Under the pieces are notes generated by a model. That model worked only from the letters and a program-made list of their open reading frames with translations, had not been told where the DNA came from and did not search any database. Made by a program: the position numbers and the translations under genes. Positions 1 to 10,176 of a stretch of DNA of 64,000 bases are shown piece by piece (position 1 is the stretch's first letter; the number at the start of each line of letters is the position of its first letter). The stretch comes from an uncultured beta proteobacterium (GTDB lineage Bacteria; Pseudomonadota; Gammaproteobacteria; Burkholderiales; Burkholderiaceae_C), in contig CAILZB010000112.1 in the NCBI GenBank assembly GCA_903838565.1, positions 97,098 to 161,097 on the forward strand, in the 5' to 3' direction.

Positions 1-598
1 TCTGTTCGACCGCGAGGCGGTGTTCATCGAACAACAGCTGATCCCGCTGCGGCGCGACTTTCCCGAGCTCAAGATCGTGTTCGAGCACATCACGACGAAA
101 GAGGCGGCGCAGTACGTCGCCGAGGCGGACCGCTTCGTCGCTGCCACCGTCACTGCACACCACCTGCTGTTCAACCGCAATGCGCTGTTCACCGGCGGCA
201 TTCGTCCCCATTACTACTGCCTGCCGGTGCTCAAGCGCGAGATCCATCGCCTGGCGCTGGTGCAGGCCGTGAGCAGCGGCTCGCCCAAGTTCTTCCTGGG
301 CACCGACAGTGCGCCGCACCCCGCGCACCTGAAGGAGCACGCCAGCGGCTGCGCCGGCTGCTACACGGCGCACGCGGCGCTGGAGATGTACGCCGAGGCC
401 TTCGATGCCGCGGGCGCACTCGACAAGCTGGAGGCCTTCGCCAGCTTCAACGGCCCGGCCTTTTACGGCCTGCCGCGCAACGCCGGCAGCGTCACCCTCC
501 GACGCGAATCCTGGGTCAGCCCCGAGAGCTTCGCGTTTGGCGAGGCGCAGCTCAAGCCGCTGCGCGGCGGGGAGTCATTGCCCTGGCGCATGCTCTGA
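1..598 (+). CDS. pyrC: dihydroorotase, C-terminal ~195 aa (5' end upstream of window)
   Basis: Frame is open from the window edge. FLGTDSAPH and GCAGC motifs and the overall alignment match the E. coli-type PyrC C-terminus. Stop at 596-598. Confidence 0.85.
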   Translation, partial: LFDREAVFIEQQLIPLRRDFPELKIVFEHITTKEAAQYVAEADRFVAATVTAHHLLFNRNALFTGGIRPHYYCLPVLKREIHRLALVQAVSSGSPKFFLGTDSAPHPAHLKEHASGCAGCYTAHAALEMYAEAFDAAGALDKLEAFASFNGPAFYGLPRNAGSVTLRRESWVSPESFAFGEAQLKPLRGGESLPWRML

Positions 599-621
599 CG
601 TGAGCGCGGCGCCAAGCTGAC

Positions 622-1530
622 ATGGTGACACTGGTCCTGCTCAACCCACACGCCGGCGGCGGGCGCGCCGCGCGTTTGCAGCAACCGATGGCGCAGTGGC
701 TGGCGCAGCACGCCCCGGGCACGGAACTCGCCCTGCCAGACACGGTCGAGCTGGCGCGGCAGCGATTGCTGCGGCTGCCCAAAGCAAGCCGGGTGATCGT
801 GGTCGGGGGCGACGGCACCCTGAACCAGCTGCTTCCCCCGCTGCTGGAACAGGGGCACACGCTGGGCCTGGTTCCCTGCGGCAGCGGCAACGACACCGCC
901 AGGGCGCTGGGCCTGCATCGCATGCCTTGGGTTGATGCGCTGGCGCACGCCTTGCAGGGGCAGGCGCGCGCGATGGACGTGGGACAGGCACGCTTTGAGG
1001 CGAACGGCATCGCATGCTGCGTTCCCTTTCTTTCCAGCTTCACCGTGGGCTTTGATTCGTCGGTGGGTCTGCGGGCCCTGAACGGCCCGCGCTGGCTGCG
1101 CGGTTTGCCGCGCTATCTGCTGGCCACGCTGCGCGAGCTGGCGGCCTTGCGCACCTGGGAGCTGCAGGTGCAGATCGACGGCCGCACGGTGCACGAGGGC
1201 GAAGCGCTGTTTTCGTCCACGCTGAACACGCCCAGCTTTGGCAGCGGCATGCCGGCCGTGCCCCACGCCGCGATCGACGACGGGCAGTTGAACCTGCTGC
1301 TGGCCGGACGCTTCGGCCGAGCTGCGACCGCGCTGATGCTGCCGCGCCTGCTGGCGGGTTGGCACCTGGGCCATCCACGCGTGCACACCCAGGCCTTCTC
1401 GCAGCTGCGGCTGCGCTCGAACAGTCGGGTGCCGCTGGCGGCCGATGGCGAGTATCTGGGCGAGACGCAAGAACTGGAACTGCACGTACTCGCCGCGGCG
1501 CTGCCGGTGGTGCGCGGACCCCAGGGCTGA
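622..1530 (+). CDS. YegS/DAGK-family lipid kinase
   Basis: VIVVGGDGTLNQ and GLVPCGSGNDTARALG motifs of the diacylglycerol-kinase catalytic domain; 302 aa. Confidence 0.75.
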   Translation: MVTLVLLNPHAGGGRAARLQQPMAQWLAQHAPGTELALPDTVELARQRLLRLPKASRVIVVGGDGTLNQLLPPLLEQGHTLGLVPCGSGNDTARALGLHRMPWVDALAHALQGQARAMDVGQARFEANGIACCVPFLSSFTVGFDSSVGLRALNGPRWLRGLPRYLLATLRELAALRTWELQVQIDGRTVHEGEALFSSTLNTPSFGSGMPAVPHAAIDDGQLNLLLAGRFGRAATALMLPRLLAGWHLGHPRVHTQAFSQLRLRSNSRVPLAADGEYLGETQELELHVLAAALPVVRGPQG

Positions 1531-1539
1531 AGCGCAGAC

Positions 1540-4089
1540 TCAGCGGCTCTCGATGCGTGACGAGCGGCTCTGGCGACCGCTGCGGTTGAACGCTGCCACC
1601 TGAATCACGCCCTTGGCCGTGATCGGGCCGACCACCAGCGGACTGGACATGTTGGGCTCGCTGCCATCTGTCGTATAGCGCAGCGCGAAGCCGGGAAACT
1701 GCTGGTTCGCCAGCACCTTGGCGTCGACGATTTGCAGCCCGGGTGGCGCGATCCGGTACTGCACGCCGGGGAGCTGGGCATCGAGTTGCGGCAGCACGCG
1801 CCGGCCCAACTGGTTCACGAACACCGACCAGTCGGCATCGTGCAGCGCCTTTGCCTTGACTACGTCGTGCTGCTGCGTCCACGCCGGGTCCGGGGCCCAG
1901 GCGCGCTCGGCCAACGCCAGCAGGCGCGGCATCAGCAGGTAGTCCATGAGCGCGCGCGAACGCACGGTTTCGCTGAACAGCACGCCCTCCAGGCCCAGTA
2001 TCTGGCGCTGTCCGTAGTCGGTCAGACCGTCCAGCCCGGGCTTGGGCGTGGCGTCGGTGGGCGACTTGCGGGTGGAGTCAAAGGGGATGAAGTCGAACAC
2101 CGTGTCCAGCTCGGTATAGGCGGCCCAGTTCACGCCCGGCTCGTCCGGGTTCTTGTTGTACGCCATGTCGAAATACAGGTTCGTGGCCGGCGCCAGGATC
2201 GCCTGGTAGCCGGCATTCGCCATGCGGTAGGCGAGGTCTTCGGCGTCGTCCAGGTTGTTCCAGACATAGAGCCTGAAGTGGCTGTGCGTGAAGGTCGGAT
2301 TCGGGATCAGCTTGCTCTCGCCGCGCAGCTTGACCTTGCGTGCGCCCAGCTCCTCCCAGCCCGAAGCGAAGAGGCCGTGGCGCGTCAGCATCTGGTTCAC
2401 GCGCCCGTAAAAATAGTCCCAGACCTCGGTCGTGGAGGCGAGCTTTTCGCGCTGCATCAAGGCGCGCGTGGCCGGGGATTTTTCCCAGGCGCCGTTGGGC
2501 AACTCGTCCGCGCCGACGTGGATGGTGTTGAGCTTCACGCCTGCCTGTCTGTGCAGCGCCACCACCTGATCCAGCACGCGCTGGATGAAGACGTAGGTCG
2601 AGGGCAGACCCGGATTCATCACGTGGTCGGTGTAGAGCTGGGGCGAGCGGTAAATCGACTTGTCCTCCAGGTCATTCAGCAGGTACTGGGCCGCGTCCTT
2701 GCGAGCGGCTTTTTGCAGCTCGAGGTATCGGCTTTCCATGGACTTGACGGCGGCGCGTGCATGGCCCGGCATCTCGATTTCAGGGATGACTTCGATGTGC
2801 AGCGCGGCCGCGTATTTCAGGATCTCGATGTAGTCGGCAGCGGTGTAGTAGCCGCTGCCGTAGGCGTCGCTCACGTCCGGGCCGGAGCCGTAGGCGGGCT
2901 GCAGAAACTCGTGACCCTCCAGCGTGTGGCCGCGCCGCGCACCCACCTGCGTGAGTTCGGGCAGGCCGGGAATTTCCAGACGCCAGCCTTCGTCGTCGGT
3001 CAGATGGAAGTGGAACTTGTTGAGCTTGTAGCGCGCCATCAAGTCCAGCAAGCGCAGCACCGTGGCCTTGGGCTGAAAGTTGCGCGCCACGTCGAGCTGC
3101 ACGCCGCGGTAGCCAAAGCGCGGCGCGTCGCTGACGTGCAGCGCCGCCAACGTCAGGCCCTGCTGCGGCGTCGCTTGCAAAGGCAGCAATTGGCGCAGCG
3201 AGCGCAGTCCCAGCGCGACTCCGGCGGCTGAATTGCCGTTGAGCGTAATGCCTGTGGCCGGATCGATGCTCAGCTCATAGGCTTCGCTCGAGCTCTGCCC
3301 GGCGATGGAGGCGATGGCCAGATGCACACCTGGCGCCGTGCCGCCTGTTTTTGCTGAAGCGAAGTAGGGTTTGAGCAGGGCCGTCGCGTGCGCCACTTCC
3401 GCTTTCAGATCCACGGAGCCGACCACGCGCGGCATCGCCGTCCAGTGCAATTCGCCAGCACGCCGTTCGAACTTTTTCGGCGTCGGGAACACCGGTGGCA
3501 AGGCCTCCTCGGCCACGTCGGCGATGCTGGAATTGCGCTTGAACTGCTCCTGCGCCGTGATGATGGGCATAGGGTCGCTGGCGCCGTGGTCCCACTGCTC
3601 GGCGCGGGCGAAGGGTGCAAGGGCGTAGTCGGAAATCGCGCGTCCCACGCTGGGTGTGTCGTCAAAAACGATGTAGGGTCCTGTGGGTCCCTTGGCGGTC
3701 TTGACCATGATCTCCGGATGGAAGAACGACAAGCGCGTGCTCTGCCCCTTTGCCAGGTCCGAGGCCCCTGAGATGGGGCGGAAGCGGTACCAGGTGCCGC
3801 TCACGCGCTCCATCACGAACGGTCCCTCCACCTCCTTGAGATCCACTCCCGCCACGCAGTTGAAGTAGATGGCCCAGCCCTGCGCTGGCAGGGCTTTGTC
3901 GGCGGTGTTGGTCAGCGTGAACGACGACCAGGACCGGCCACCGGGGTTGTCGGGCGTGAACACGTTGCGCTGCACTTCCCAGCGAAGTTGCAGTGGTGCA
4001 GCTGGCGCGGCACCGGCCAGGAGCGACGCGCCCAGCAGCAGCGTGACCAGCACCATCCAGAGGGCCTTGCCCCAGCGCTGCATTGGCAT
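1540..4089 (-). CDS. GH20 beta-N-acetylhexosaminidase (chitobiase), secreted
   Basis: HFHLTDDEGWRLEIPGLPELT catalytic region of GH20. Signal peptide MPMQRWGKALWMVLVTLLLGASLLAGAAPA. Start chosen at the ATG at 4089 preceded by AAGGGA; the track ORF extends to 4206. Confidence 0.85.
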   Translation of the reverse strand: MPMQRWGKALWMVLVTLLLGASLLAGAAPAAPLQLRWEVQRNVFTPDNPGGRSWSSFTLTNTADKALPAQGWAIYFNCVAGVDLKEVEGPFVMERVSGTWYRFRPISGASDLAKGQSTRLSFFHPEIMVKTAKGPTGPYIVFDDTPSVGRAISDYALAPFARAEQWDHGASDPMPIITAQEQFKRNSSIADVAEEALPPVFPTPKKFERRAGELHWTAMPRVVGSVDLKAEVAHATALLKPYFASAKTGGTAPGVHLAIASIAGQSSSEAYELSIDPATGITLNGNSAAGVALGLRSLRQLLPLQATPQQGLTLAALHVSDAPRFGYRGVQLDVARNFQPKATVLRLLDLMARYKLNKFHFHLTDDEGWRLEIPGLPELTQVGARRGHTLEGHEFLQPAYGSGPDVSDAYGSGYYTAADYIEILKYAAALHIEVIPEIEMPGHARAAVKSMESRYLELQKAARKDAAQYLLNDLEDKSIYRSPQLYTDHVMNPGLPSTYVFIQRVLDQVVALHRQAGVKLNTIHVGADELPNGAWEKSPATRALMQREKLASTTEVWDYFYGRVNQMLTRHGLFASGWEELGARKVKLRGESKLIPNPTFTHSHFRLYVWNNLDDAEDLAYRMANAGYQAILAPATNLYFDMAYNKNPDEPGVNWAAYTELDTVFDFIPFDSTRKSPTDATPKPGLDGLTDYGQRQILGLEGVLFSETVRSRALMDYLLMPRLLALAERAWAPDPAWTQQHDVVKAKALHDADWSVFVNQLGRRVLPQLDAQLPGVQYRIAPPGLQIVDAKVLANQQFPGFALRYTTDGSEPNMSSPLVVGPITAKGVIQVAAFNRSGRQSRSSRIESR

Positions 4090-4144
4090 GACGATTCCCT
4101 TCATCTGGTGAGGACAGAGCTCGCGCAGTCTGCCGCGCAATGAC

Positions 4145-6166
4145 TCAGGATTTCCCGAACTTGAACAACACGGTCTTGCCCGCTTCCACCGCGCCACTGG
4201 CCACATGGGTCAGCGCGCCAAACTCATCGGCATTGGACAGCACCACCGGGCTGATGGTCGAGACCGCGTTCGCCGCGAGGTAATCGAGGTCGAGTTCCAG
4301 CACCGGGTCGCCCGCCTTCACGTCGGCGCCGGCCTGGGCCAAACGCGTGAAGCCTTTGCCTGCGAGCTTGACGGTCTCGATGCCGATGTGCACGATGATT
4401 TCGGCACCCGAGTCGGTCACCATGGCGAAGGCATGGTTGGTATTGAAGATGCTCACCAGCTTGCCGGCGCAGGGGGCAACCACCAGTTTGCCGGTGGGGC
4501 GAATGGCCACGCCCTCGCCCACGGCCTTGCTCGCAAAGGCCGCGTCGGGAACGTTTTCCAGCGCCACGACTTCGCCGCTCACGGGCGCCAGCATCACGGT
4601 CTCGTTCGGTGAGGCGGCGACAGCGTCTGGCGCGACAGCAGCAACGGGAGCGGCTGGAACCGGCGCAACTGCAGCAGCTTGTGGCGCTGCAGCGGAGCCG
4701 CCCAGTTGCTGGCGCAGCGAGTCGGCGATGAGCTCGGCCTTGGGGCCCACGACGATCTGCACGTTCTGCTGATTGAGCTTGATGACGCCACTGGCGCCCA
4801 GGCTTTTCGCCGCAGCCGCGTTGACCTGGTCCGCGTCCTTCACGGTGAGGCGAAGCCGCGTGATGCAGGCGTCCACGTTCACCACGTTGGCGGCGCCGCC
4901 GATGACGCCGATGTAGGCGCGGGCGAGTTCGGCCGTGCTGCCCGGCACCGAGGGCACGGCGGCGTCCACCGCCCCGACTTCGTCGTCTTCACGCCCCGGG
5001 GTTTTGAGATTGAGCGCCGTGATCGCGGTGCGAAAAGCAAAGTAGTAGACGCCGAAGAACACGGCGCCCTGGACGATCAGCATGGCCCAGTGATTGGCGA
5101 GCGGGTTGCGCGACGACAGCACCATGTCGACCATGCCGGCGCTGAAACCGAAGCCCGAGATCCAGTGCATGCTGGCTGCGATATAGACCGAGAGCCCCGC
5201 CAGGAAAGCGTGCAGCACGTACAGCAGCGGCGCCACGAACATGAAGGAGAACTCCAGCGGCTCGGTCACACCGGTGAAGAACGAGGCGAAGCCGGCGGCG
5301 ATCATGATGGACGCCACGCGCGCCTTGTTCTCCGGTTTGGCCGTGTGGTAGATCGCCAATGCCGCGCCCGGCAGGCCGAACATCATGATCGGGAAGAAGC
5401 CGGCCTGGTACATGCCGGTCACACCCAGCACGGCCTTGCCCTCGGCCAGCGATTTCGCGCCGCCGAGGAAGTTGGGGATGTCGTTGATGCCGGCCACATC
5501 GAACCAGAACACCGAGTTCAGCGCGTGGTGCAGACCGATGGGGATCAGCAAGCGGTTGAAGAAAGCGTAGATGCCTGCGCCCGCCGGACCCATGTCCTTG
5601 ATGCTCAGGCCGAAGGCCACGAGTCCGTTATAGATCACGGGCCACACGGCCATCAAGGCAAAGGCCACGACGATCATGACGAAGGAGGTAACGATGGGCA
5701 CGAGCCGGCGCCCGCTGAAGAACGCCAGCGCCTTGTGCAGCTCCACCTGGCTGAAGCGGTTGTACAACTCGGCTGCGATGACGCCGGTCAGGATGCCGAC
5801 AAACTGGTTGTGGATCTTGCCAAAGGCCTTGGGCACCTGATCCAGCGGGATGTCCTGAATCTGCGACACCGCGCCCGGCGACAGCAGGCTGGTCAGCACG
5901 TAGTAGCCCACCAGGCCCGCAAGCGCCGCCGCGCCGTCCTTGTCCTTGGACATGCCGTAGGCCACGCCCACCGCGAACAGGATCGACATGTTGTCGATGA
6001 TGGCCGCGCCGGCCTTGATCAGCAGCGCTGCCGCCGCGCTGCCCGAGCCCCAGCCCGTGGGGTCGATCCAGTAGCCTATGCCCATCATGATGGCGGCGGC
6101 CGGCAGCGTGGCCACGGGCACCATCAGTGCGCGGCCAATTTTTTGCAGATAACCCAAGATATTCAC
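4145..6166 (-). CDS. nagE: PTS N-acetylglucosamine-specific EIICBA
   Basis: Multi-TM EIIC; EIIB motif NVDACITRLRL; C-terminal EIIA-Glc domain (HIGIETVKLAGKGF). GTG start at 6166 with GGAGA Shine-Dalgarno. Confidence 0.85.
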   Translation of the reverse strand: MNILGYLQKIGRALMVPVATLPAAAIMMGIGYWIDPTGWGSGSAAAALLIKAGAAIIDNMSILFAVGVAYGMSKDKDGAAALAGLVGYYVLTSLLSPGAVSQIQDIPLDQVPKAFGKIHNQFVGILTGVIAAELYNRFSQVELHKALAFFSGRRLVPIVTSFVMIVVAFALMAVWPVIYNGLVAFGLSIKDMGPAGAGIYAFFNRLLIPIGLHHALNSVFWFDVAGINDIPNFLGGAKSLAEGKAVLGVTGMYQAGFFPIMMFGLPGAALAIYHTAKPENKARVASIMIAAGFASFFTGVTEPLEFSFMFVAPLLYVLHAFLAGLSVYIAASMHWISGFGFSAGMVDMVLSSRNPLANHWAMLIVQGAVFFGVYYFAFRTAITALNLKTPGREDDEVGAVDAAVPSVPGSTAELARAYIGVIGGAANVVNVDACITRLRLTVKDADQVNAAAAKSLGASGVIKLNQQNVQIVVGPKAELIADSLRQQLGGSAAAPQAAAVAPVPAAPVAAVAPDAVAASPNETVMLAPVSGEVVALENVPDAAFASKAVGEGVAIRPTGKLVVAPCAGKLVSIFNTNHAFAMVTDSGAEIIVHIGIETVKLAGKGFTRLAQAGADVKAGDPVLELDLDYLAANAVSTISPVVLSNADEFGALTHVASGAVEAGKTVLFKFGKS

Positions 6167-6201
6167 GGTTCGTCTCCAGTTTCAAATTCTTCGCCAGCGC
6201 G

Positions 6202-8271
<2,070 letters not shown>

Positions 8272-8275
8272 GTTG

Positions 8276-9391
8276 CTATAGCTTGATGTAGATGCGCTTC
8301 TTGTCCAGGCCGTAGCCCACAAGCCAGCACGCGAGCATGAACGCCAGCGCAAAGACGAAGGAGCCCGGCTTGTCCCCGGCCCACCACTGGAATCCGTGAT
8401 TGAACAGCCAGTCGAACAGCGCCAGATCGCCCACATGGGTGATCCAGAAAATGGTCTGTATCACCTCGCTCAGCAGGTAGATGAAGAGCGTGTTGCGGCC
8501 GAACACCTCGAAGAAATAGGTCCAGCCGCGCAGCTTCTGCAAGTCGATGATGTACACCAGACAGGCCAACACAAACAGATCGATGCCGATGGTGCACAGC
8601 ACGTAGGAGCTGGTCCAGAGCTTCTTGTTCAGGGGAAACACGCTGCTCCACAGCAGCGCCACGACGATGAGGGCCGCGCCCACCAGCGTGAGCTTGGCGA
8701 TGGTCTCGCTGCTGGCGCCTTTCTCGCGTACCAGGCGCGCGGCGAAATAGCCGGCCAGCACGTTCACAATCGCGGGCAGGGTGCCAAGAATTCCCTCCGG
8801 GTCGAAGGCGATGCCTTCGCCGTGGTACATGTGGGCGTCGCCCAGCACCAGCTTGTCCAGCTTGAGCGCGGCGTTGCCGGTGAGCGTGTAGTCACCGAAC
8901 GAATACATGATCCACCAGTAGCCCAGCAAGGCCACGACGCTGAAAACGACGGCGCCGCGCGCCCGTCCGTAATGCAGGATCAGCGACGCGAGGCCATAGG
9001 CCAGCGCGATGCGCTGCAACACGCCCAGGATGCGCGTCTTCTCCAGTGGCAGCAGCGCCAGATGACCGGCCTTGTCGAATTCAAAGAACGGGAACCAGTA
9101 CAGCAGATAGCCGCACAGGAAGATCAGCGCGGTGCGCGTGAAGATCTTGCGCAGCACCGCGGCGTCTCCCATGCCCTGGTATTTTTCCAGCGTGAAGGCC
9201 AGCGCCGTTCCGACCACGAACAGGAAGCTGGGGAACACCAGATCGGTCAGCGTCAGTCCATGCCACACCGCGTGCAGCAGCGGCGCGTAGGACTTCTCCT
9301 CGCTGATCGACATGTTGACGACGATCATCAGCGTGAGCGTGAGCCCGCGCATCACGTCGATCGACTGGGAGCGCTGCGGCAGCGTGCTCAT
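8276..9391 (-). CDS. NagX-like DUF1624/DUF5009 polytopic membrane protein (HGSNAT-like putative acyltransferase)
   Basis: About 10 TM helices; N-terminal RSQSIDVMRGLTL motif typical of DUF1624. Sits in the nag operon. Start codon overlaps the upstream stop (ATGA). Confidence 0.6.
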   Translation of the reverse strand: MSTLPQRSQSIDVMRGLTLTLMIVVNMSISEEKSYAPLLHAVWHGLTLTDLVFPSFLFVVGTALAFTLEKYQGMGDAAVLRKIFTRTALIFLCGYLLYWFPFFEFDKAGHLALLPLEKTRILGVLQRIALAYGLASLILHYGRARGAVVFSVVALLGYWWIMYSFGDYTLTGNAALKLDKLVLGDAHMYHGEGIAFDPEGILGTLPAIVNVLAGYFAARLVREKGASSETIAKLTLVGAALIVVALLWSSVFPLNKKLWTSSYVLCTIGIDLFVLACLVYIIDLQKLRGWTYFFEVFGRNTLFIYLLSEVIQTIFWITHVGDLALFDWLFNHGFQWWAGDKPGSFVFALAFMLACWLVGYGLDKKRIYIKL

Positions 9392-10116
9392 TTCGCCTTG
9401 AGGGCCGCGGCGATTGCCTTGTGTCCCGTGGACGCAGAAGCTATGGCTTTATCCACCAGCGCGATCATGACCTTGTAGCCGGCTTCATTCGGGTGCACGC
9501 CGTCTTCGGAGTAGGCCTTCTTCAGACCGGGGCGTTCGTCCACCATGGCCGCGTAATAGTCCACATAGATCAGATGCTGGCGCTTGGCATAGTCCTGCAG
9601 CAGCTGGTTCAGCGCGGCGATCTGCGGTGCGGGCCGTGCCGCTTCGTTCCAGTAGAAACCGGCCGCCGGCAATACCGAGCACAGCACCACCTTGATGCCG
9701 TTCGCCTTTGCCAGATCGACCATGGAGGCGATGTTGTCGACGATCATTTCATTCGTCGAGGTGCCGGTGTTGCCGGCGATGTCGTTCGTGCCCGCCAGGA
9801 TCACCACCACCTTCGGCTTGAGCGCAATCACGTCGGCGCGAAAGCGCAGCAGCATCTGGGGCGAAGTCTGGCCGCTGATGCCGCGGTTGATCGTGGTCTT
9901 GTTCCAGTAGGACTTGGTCCAGAACTCGGTGATCGAGTCGCCCATGAAGACCACGCGCTGCTCGCCTTTCGCGGGCAAGCCATCCTTGGCATTGGCGCTG
10001 CGGTAGGCCGCCAGATTGGGCCAGTCCATCTTCGCGTCGTCGGCCTCGGTGGCGAGGGCCTGTGCCATGCAAAGGCCAGCAAGCATCACGACAGCCCAGG
10101 CTTTTAGTGTTTTCAT
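9388..10116 (-). CDS. secreted SGNH/GDSL-family hydrolase (esterase/deacetylase)
   Basis: GDSIT block I, GTND block, D-x-x-H at the C-terminus. Signal peptide MKTLKAWAVVMLAGLCMAQA. Start chosen at 10116; Shine-Dalgarno is weak. Confidence 0.7.
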   Translation of the reverse strand: MKTLKAWAVVMLAGLCMAQALATEADDAKMDWPNLAAYRSANAKDGLPAKGEQRVVFMGDSITEFWTKSYWNKTTINRGISGQTSPQMLLRFRADVIALKPKVVVILAGTNDIAGNTGTSTNEMIVDNIASMVDLAKANGIKVVLCSVLPAAGFYWNEAARPAPQIAALNQLLQDYAKRQHLIYVDYYAAMVDERPGLKKAYSEDGVHPNEAGYKVMIALVDKAIASASTGHKAIAAALKAK

Positions 10117-10176
10117 AGCGATCCAAATAGGAGAAGTCCCCGCCGTGCGCACACAACGGGGACCCCAGTTTCGAAA

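Noticed and set aside
1732-3231. 499-aa ORF on the + strand inside the hexosaminidase gene. Similar long antisense ORFs: 4679-6256, 6430-8286, 11599-12936, 17195-19168, 19358-20530, 22559-24367, 37657-39801, 44901-46160, 45838-47085, 47067-48350, 51039-52136, 53815-55437, 55920-58679, 60649-62970.
   Set aside because: Each lies antisense to a gene with clear homology. Their products are low-complexity Arg/Ala/Gly/His-rich sequences typical of high-GC reverse frames, with no ribosome-binding site or domain signal.
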